In this document: positions 59,687 to 64,000 of the stretch, piece by piece
Numbering within the stretch: position 1 is the stretch's first letter
Layout of the letters: each line of letters opens with the position of its first letter
Origin: Rubripirellula sp.
GTDB lineage: Bacteria; Planctomycetota; Planctomycetia; Pirellulales; Pirellulaceae
Assembly: GCA_965216875.1 (NCBI GenBank)
Contig: OZ244207.1
Location: 5,184,001-5,248,000, forward strand
DNA: 64,000 nucleotides
Reading direction: 5' to 3'
Notes under the pieces: generated by a model
Databases searched by the model: none
Seen by the model: only the letters and a program-made list of their open reading frames with translations
Told to the model about the DNA's origin: nothing
Program-made: the position numbers and the translations under genes

Positions 59687-60376
59687 CTATGCGGTTGCGA
59701 ACAGACGGCCGCGGCTCCGCTGTTCCGACTTGGCCTCGGTGCCGGTGAATCCACCGTTGACCGGTTCTTGCTCGATCGACTTGAGTGTTGTCGCAAACGT
59801 TTCACCCGATTTCCCAAGACAGCTGGCCGTTAGTGCGCGGACTTCTTCGGGATCGGTGATTTCGGAGAGAGGATGAATCCCAGTGGCGGTTTTTGCCAGC
59901 ACGAGAATTCGATTCCCGCATCGCAACATCGTCACGGTGGTTCGGCCGTCGAGTGATGTGCTGCCGAGACTTTGCATCACTTCGCGCGGAATCGCTCCAC
60001 CACCTCCAACACCTTTGCTGCCGAACTTCCGCGTCGCCCAGACGAGCGCCGCGAATAGGCCAAGCACAACGGCGAGGCTTGAAGTCACCGTCACGAGTGG
60101 CCCGGTAGTCGATTCCTTTTCAGGACGTGTCTCGTCTGCGGTCTCATTCAGTCCGCCTGTCGCAAGACTGGGGAATTCGGCAGCGTCCAGCGAGGTATGG
60201 TTCGATTGCGTATCGTTTTGAGCAAGTAGCGGTGTCGACTGGCCGGTGTACGGTTCCGAAATCACCGTCGGTTGTTTGACCCAGCGCGTGGGTTCGGTAC
60301 TCGGTTGCTGTGCGGTGGCGGTCGCGAAACAACAGACGGACGCGACAAAGGTTGAGATTACGGCGGACGACTTCAT
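59687..60376 (-). CDS. fliO: Flagellar biosynthesis protein FliO
   Basis: N-terminal signal-like segment, one TM (SSLAVVLGLF), beta domain LRCGNRILVL...LSEITDPEEV; follows fliN. Confidence 0.8.
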   Translation of the reverse strand: MKSSAVISTFVASVCCFATATAQQPSTEPTRWVKQPTVISEPYTGQSTPLLAQNDTQSNHTSLDAAEFPSLATGGLNETADETRPEKESTTGPLVTVTSSLAVVLGLFAALVWATRKFGSKGVGGGGAIPREVMQSLGSTSLDGRTTVTMLRCGNRILVLAKTATGIHPLSEITDPEEVRALTASCLGKSGETFATTLKSIEQEPVNGGFTGTEAKSEQRSRGRLFATA

Positions 60377-60392
60377 GTTTGCACCTTTCGTT

Positions 60393-60449
60393 TGGTGACA
60401 GCTCAAGCTCCTGGTGACAGCTTAGGCCCCAGGTGACAACTCAGGCTCC
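60393..60449. repeat. 3 x 19-bp imperfect tandem repeat overlapping the fliN stop codon
   Basis: TGGTGACAGCTCAAGCTCC / TGGTGACAGCTTAGGCCCC / AGGTGACAACTCAGGCTCC at 60393, 60412 and 60431. Confidence 0.8.
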
Positions 60450-60953
60450 GACCAATTCCGTCACACGAATGCAGAAGTTGTCATTCATCACCAACACTTC
60501 GCCGCGTGCGATGAGTCGTCCGTTGACGAACACATCGACGGGGTCACCTGCAAGTTTGTCGAGCGCGACGACGGAACCACCTCGAAGCTGCAACACTTCA
60601 TCCAGTCGCATTTCGGTGCGTCCTAGCTCGATCCGCAAATCCATTTCGACTTCGCCCAGGAGGTCGATGGGTTGGCGTTCGGCAGATTCCGATTCGGGTG
60701 TCAGATCACCCAAACTGTAGGGAGCGGGTTCGGCCGATGTTGAGACTTCGTTCCCGGCGGCTTGATCAAGCGATGCGGAAGCTTGATCGAGCAGCTTTTC
60801 GATGTCGTCGGTATTGAGACGGCCATCCTCATCCGGCGTGATTTCGTCCGCAGCCGCATTGATTGCTGCGGCGCGTTCTTCTTCAGGCGTTTGAGTTGGT
60901 TCGTCTGGCGTATCGGCCACGAGTGACGTCCTTCCTTGGACGGAACGTTTCAC
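60441..60953 (-). CDS. fliN: Flagellar motor switch protein FliN
   Basis: SpoA domain IELGRT...GSVVALDKLAGDPVDVFVNGRLIARGEVLVMNDNFCIRV; start uncertain. Confidence 0.93.
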   Translation of the reverse strand: MKRSVQGRTSLVADTPDEPTQTPEEERAAAINAAADEITPDEDGRLNTDDIEKLLDQASASLDQAAGNEVSTSAEPAPYSLGDLTPESESAERQPIDLLGEVEMDLRIELGRTEMRLDEVLQLRGGSVVALDKLAGDPVDVFVNGRLIARGEVLVMNDNFCIRVTELVGA

Positions 60954-60975
60954 GCGTGAGTTTCACGCGTTGGGT

Positions 60976-61533
60976 CTATTCTTCGGTCAGCTGATAGCTA
61001 TTGAAACCAATACCTAGCAACAGATCCTCATCCAGTAAGTGGTTACATTTCGTCAAAATGCGGCGTTCCAGCAACCCCAATTGGTTCTCTTTCAACTCCG
61101 CGAGCTCGCTATTTCGGATTCTCATCCGAATTGCGTGCCGTAACCGGCCCTCTTTGGCTGTGAACTCGGTCTTCATTTTTTCCAAGTTTTTCTTACGAAC
61201 GAGCCCGTAGAGGTTCAATTCGACGCGAAACGTCCGCTCCGTATCGATCGGGCTGAACGTCTCGCCGTACATGCCCAATTTGAACTCTTCGACCTTGTTT
61301 TCGTCCGAAGCCTGCTCCTCGGCAGCCTCTTCGCCTTCCTGGACCGACTTGATCAGCTTCGCTTCGGCCAATGCCGAAACCTCTTCAGCGCTCGGCACGA
61401 GGAAGAAGAACATCAGGGTTTCCATCAGCACCACGACGCCGACAAACGCGATGATCATCGCGCGACTGCCGCCGCCCTTGGGAGCCTCTTGGACCTCTTC
61501 GCCACCTTCTGGATTGTCTTGTTCGTCAGCCAT
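60976..61533 (-). CDS. fliL: FliL-like flagellar basal-body-associated protein
   Basis: Acidic N-terminus, single TM and FliL-sized domain, located between motB and fliN. ATG at 61533. Confidence 0.7.
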   Translation of the reverse strand: MADEQDNPEGGEEVQEAPKGGGSRAMIIAFVGVVVLMETLMFFFLVPSAEEVSALAEAKLIKSVQEGEEAAEEQASDENKVEEFKLGMYGETFSPIDTERTFRVELNLYGLVRKKNLEKMKTEFTAKEGRLRHAIRMRIRNSELAELKENQLGLLERRILTKCNHLLDEDLLLGIGFNSYQLTEE

Positions 61534-61534
61534 A

Positions 61535-62308
61535 TCAATTCTCCGAGTTTCCGTCGGACGTCGTGATGTTTTCTGAGTTTCGTTCGTCTGCCGTTCCGCG
61601 CAAGTCTTCGACGGTCTCGTCGAGCAGGAAGACTTCCACGCGTGGGTTCTTCGCCAAAGCGTTGCCGCGTCCACTGCGACTCATCGGTTCGCTATCGCTA
61701 GCAGACGAAATGCGAAACCGCGATTCCTTGATTCCCTCACGTTCAACCAGAATCCGTCGTACGGCAGCGGCTCGGCGGAAGCCCAGCATGACCGCTTCGT
61801 CGGTCCCTTCGGTTCGTGCCGCGAATTCACTCGACACGTGCCCGCGTACTTCGATCTTTTGTGGTTTGCCGCGAAGTTGTTCGGCAACGTTTTTCAACAC
61901 GCCATCAGCAGCTTTGGTGATTTCGTCGCTTCCAAATTCGAAGAAAACGACGCTACCGACAGCCGTCAATTGTCCGGGTCGCACGATACGCACAACCGGC
62001 TCTTCACCGGTCGGCGCTTTTTCAGGCACGCCACCTTTGGCAGTATCCTTCTTCTTGGCGCGCCCGGTCGTCGCCAACACGCTGAACTCGGTGCTTCGCG
62101 GTCGTGAATCACCAGGTGTAAGTGCGTCGAGCGTTCGTGTGTATCCGAATTGTCGCTGCATCGAATCGACCAGCGCCTGGTAGGTCTCTTCCTCTTTAAT
62201 CTCGCTAAGCGAAACCAACATGATGAAGAACGTCAGCAACAGACTCATCATGTCGCCGAACGTGACAACCCATTCGGGAATGCCCATTTCTTCTGGTTCG
62301 TCGTCCAT
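61535..62308 (-). CDS. motB: Flagellar stator B subunit (MotB/PomB)
   Basis: PEWVVTFGDMMSLLLTFFIMLVS; OmpA-like domain IEVRGH...NPRVEV. Confidence 0.93.
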   Translation of the reverse strand: MDDEPEEMGIPEWVVTFGDMMSLLLTFFIMLVSLSEIKEEETYQALVDSMQRQFGYTRTLDALTPGDSRPRSTEFSVLATTGRAKKKDTAKGGVPEKAPTGEEPVVRIVRPGQLTAVGSVVFFEFGSDEITKAADGVLKNVAEQLRGKPQKIEVRGHVSSEFAARTEGTDEAVMLGFRRAAAVRRILVEREGIKESRFRISSASDSEPMSRSGRGNALAKNPRVEVFLLDETVEDLRGTADERNSENITTSDGNSEN

Positions 62309-62378
62309 CGTTCTTCTTGTTGGTTAGGTTGGAAAAATGTCTTGTCGGCGATGGGCCAAAGCAGCGCCGGTCCGCTTC

Positions 62379-63140
62379 TCATTCCGCATCGCGTTGTTTT
62401 GGCGGCAGGAACGTGCGTAGTTTTTGGTCGATCGCGCGCGGACTTTCGCCCGATTGAATCGCCATCACACCACGAATCGCAATCTCAAGGCTGACCATCT
62501 CGTTGCGGCTGATCAGTCCCAGCTTTTCAGCGAAGGGCGAAAAGAAAACGTTCGCCACAATCGCCCCGTACAACGTTGTGATCAGCGCGACCGCCATACC
62601 AGCACCAATCCCGGAGGGATCGCTCATGTCTTGAAGCATCATGATCAGACCCATCAGCGTCCCGATCATCCCGTACGCAGGTGCGAAACGTCCGAGCTGG
62701 TCCATGATGCTCTTGCCTTCACGATGCCGCGTTGCAATCGCTTCGACTTCGGTACGCAGAACTTCTTCGACAACCTCGGGTGTGCTGCCGTCGACTGCCA
62801 TCTGAATCCCGGTCTTGACCAAGGGGTTTTCGATGTCACCCACCTTCGATTCGAGAGCCAACAAACCATCGCGACGTGCGGTTTCGGCCAACTCAACGAT
62901 CTGCTTGATCAATCCAAGGCGATCTTCACCTTTGTTCAACAGAACTTTTAGTGCGATCATTGGCGACTTGAGCATGCTGCCGAGTGGGAAACAGATCAAC
63001 GCAGCTGCAATCGCACCCCCGACCACAACCAAGAGCGACGGGATGTCGATAAAGGCAGAGAAGGGCGCATTACCAAGCGCGATCGATGCGATGATCAGGC
63101 CGAGAGCGAGGATCAACCCTACGAGGCTGGCAATATCCAT
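62379..63140 (-). CDS. motA: Flagellar stator A subunit (MotA/PomA)
   Basis: ARRDGLLALE, APAYGMIGTLMGLI, GMAVALITTLYG. Confidence 0.95.
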   Translation of the reverse strand: MDIASLVGLILALGLIIASIALGNAPFSAFIDIPSLLVVVGGAIAAALICFPLGSMLKSPMIALKVLLNKGEDRLGLIKQIVELAETARRDGLLALESKVGDIENPLVKTGIQMAVDGSTPEVVEEVLRTEVEAIATRHREGKSIMDQLGRFAPAYGMIGTLMGLIMMLQDMSDPSGIGAGMAVALITTLYGAIVANVFFSPFAEKLGLISRNEMVSLEIAIRGVMAIQSGESPRAIDQKLRTFLPPKQRDAE

Positions 63141-63191
63141 GTTTGTTTCTTTTCGTCGTTGTCGTGTTTACCGATTTCGGTTGCTAGGCCC

Positions 63192-63431
63192 TTACGCCTG
63201 CGACGATCCCATCGTCTGTCCAACACGGCTCGTCGCCGGAGGTGGAGGCATGAAGTGCTTTTGCTGTTGGTAAGCAACGGCCCGATCGATGACGTCTTCC
63301 ATCGTTTCGCTGACGACGATGCGGTCGCCCGAAGTCAATGTCACGAAAGTGTCCGGTCGACACTCGACGTAACGGATCAGTTCAGCGTTGAGTACAAACG
63401 GCTCGCCGTCGATTCGCGTTAACTTGATCAT
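63192..63431 (-). CDS. flbD: Flagellar FlbD family protein
   Basis: MIKLTRIDGEPFVLNAELIRYVE..PDTFVTL; upstream of motA. Confidence 0.92.
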   Translation of the reverse strand: MIKLTRIDGEPFVLNAELIRYVECRPDTFVTLTSGDRIVVSETMEDVIDRAVAYQQQKHFMPPPPATSRVGQTMGSSQA

Positions 63432-63699
63432 GGAAGAATGCCCCCGTCAGAGCCCGTGCTTATCTTTCTGTTGAAGCGTCGTGGCGCAAGCATCCTTGGA
63501 CGCTGCGCCTAGAAAACGCCTCTGAAAGTTAGGTCACGGTGACGCAACGAGACGGGTGTGGCAAAAAAGAAACATCGCCCATTTGGGTTGCCTGATCCGA
63601 ACAATCGGAACAACCGGGACGATTGATTCGCGATCAAGAGGATGGAAGCCGGACGAAGGGGCGACAGCAACGCAAATCCGAAGTGCTCGTCCTCGACCT

Positions 63700-63800
63700 C
63701 GTTACCCCGCTCCGCGTGGTAACGCACTCTTCGGACGCTCCGCGTCCTCTTCGTAGGTCATGCTCCGCATGACGGGCGTTCGGATTGCGTGGAGCGGAGT
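63700..63800. repeat. REP-like elements
   Basis: CGTTACCCCGCTCCGCGTGGTAACG palindrome at ~63700-63724; TCGTAGGTCATGCTCCGCATGACGGGCGTTCG at 63751-63782. Confidence 0.75.
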
Positions 63801-63856
63801 GCAAGGCCCAACGCGAGCGCGTTCGGCTCACGAGTTGGCGTGGCTCATCAATCGAT

Positions 63857-64000
63857 TCACTTGCTCTCGATCTTTTCGAGCAGCTTGTCTGCCGCTTCTT
63901 CGGCTTCGGCGAGCGGGAGACCTGGCTTAACGCCCGGTCGTTTGTGTCCAACTTCGCTGAGCCAGGCGTCGTGCATCACTTTGTGACGCTGTGACACGAG
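63857..64000 (-). CDS. 3' end of a gene starting beyond the window, possibly an SGNH/GDSL hydrolase
   Basis: Manual translation LVSQRHKVMHDAWLSEVGHKRPGVKPGLPLAEAEEAADKLLEKIESK*, TGA at 63859-63857. Family guess is from recall of the DAWL..GHKRPG tail only. Confidence 0.55.
   Translation of the reverse strand, partial: LVSQRHKVMHDAWLSEVGHKRPGVKPGLPLAEAEEAADKLLEKIESK

Noticed and set aside
1..64000. tRNA, rRNA, IS transposase, integrase, prophage or anti-phage defence genes
   Set aside because: None recognised by motif. The WD40 kinases are paired with ECF sigma factors and lack NTPase or effector domains.

Overview
Chromosomal DNA from a Planctomycete, most likely Pirellulaceae. This is inferred from the kinase-coupled ECF sigma factors, SHD1, DUF1080 and PQQ-propeller proteins, and dense palindromic repeats. 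From left to right: a glycine cleavage operon (gcvT-H-PA-PB, with PB truncated by the window edge); rnr; a ~1.1 kb array of palindromic repeats; a PhyH-type dioxygenase; a ~14 kb signalling cluster (a divergent SHD1 gene, ECF-kinase/WD40, ECF-kinase/DUF1080/WD40, a double-FHA protein, an FHA-FHA protein with a dead trypsin domain, and a secreted protein); metH; a CpsD/CapB-like protein with a degenerate Walker A; an arsS plus arsM-like pair; a triple-fused AmmeMemoRadiSam protein; a GT-C/GT2/two-methyltransferase operon; ald; an acyltransferase; a third kinase; a DUF2064/TIGR04282-like transferase with a ThiO-like oxidase and a short flavoprotein; a glycoside hydrolase; two ABC-2 permeases; a Cys-rich exported operon whose PhnD-like and PQQ-propeller ORFs meet across an A10 tract in the -1 frame; an esterase; gltS; and a flagellar block (flbD-motA-motB-fliL-fliN-fliO). 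I saw no rRNA, tRNA, CRISPR array or transposase. Best leads: the A10 frameshift junction in the Cys-rich operon, the dual ECF/kinase/FHA/pseudoprotease cluster, a dispersed arsenosugar-type pathway, and several GTAG-type REP families that bracket gene blocks in inverted orientation. All family calls come from motif recognition by eye, not database searches.
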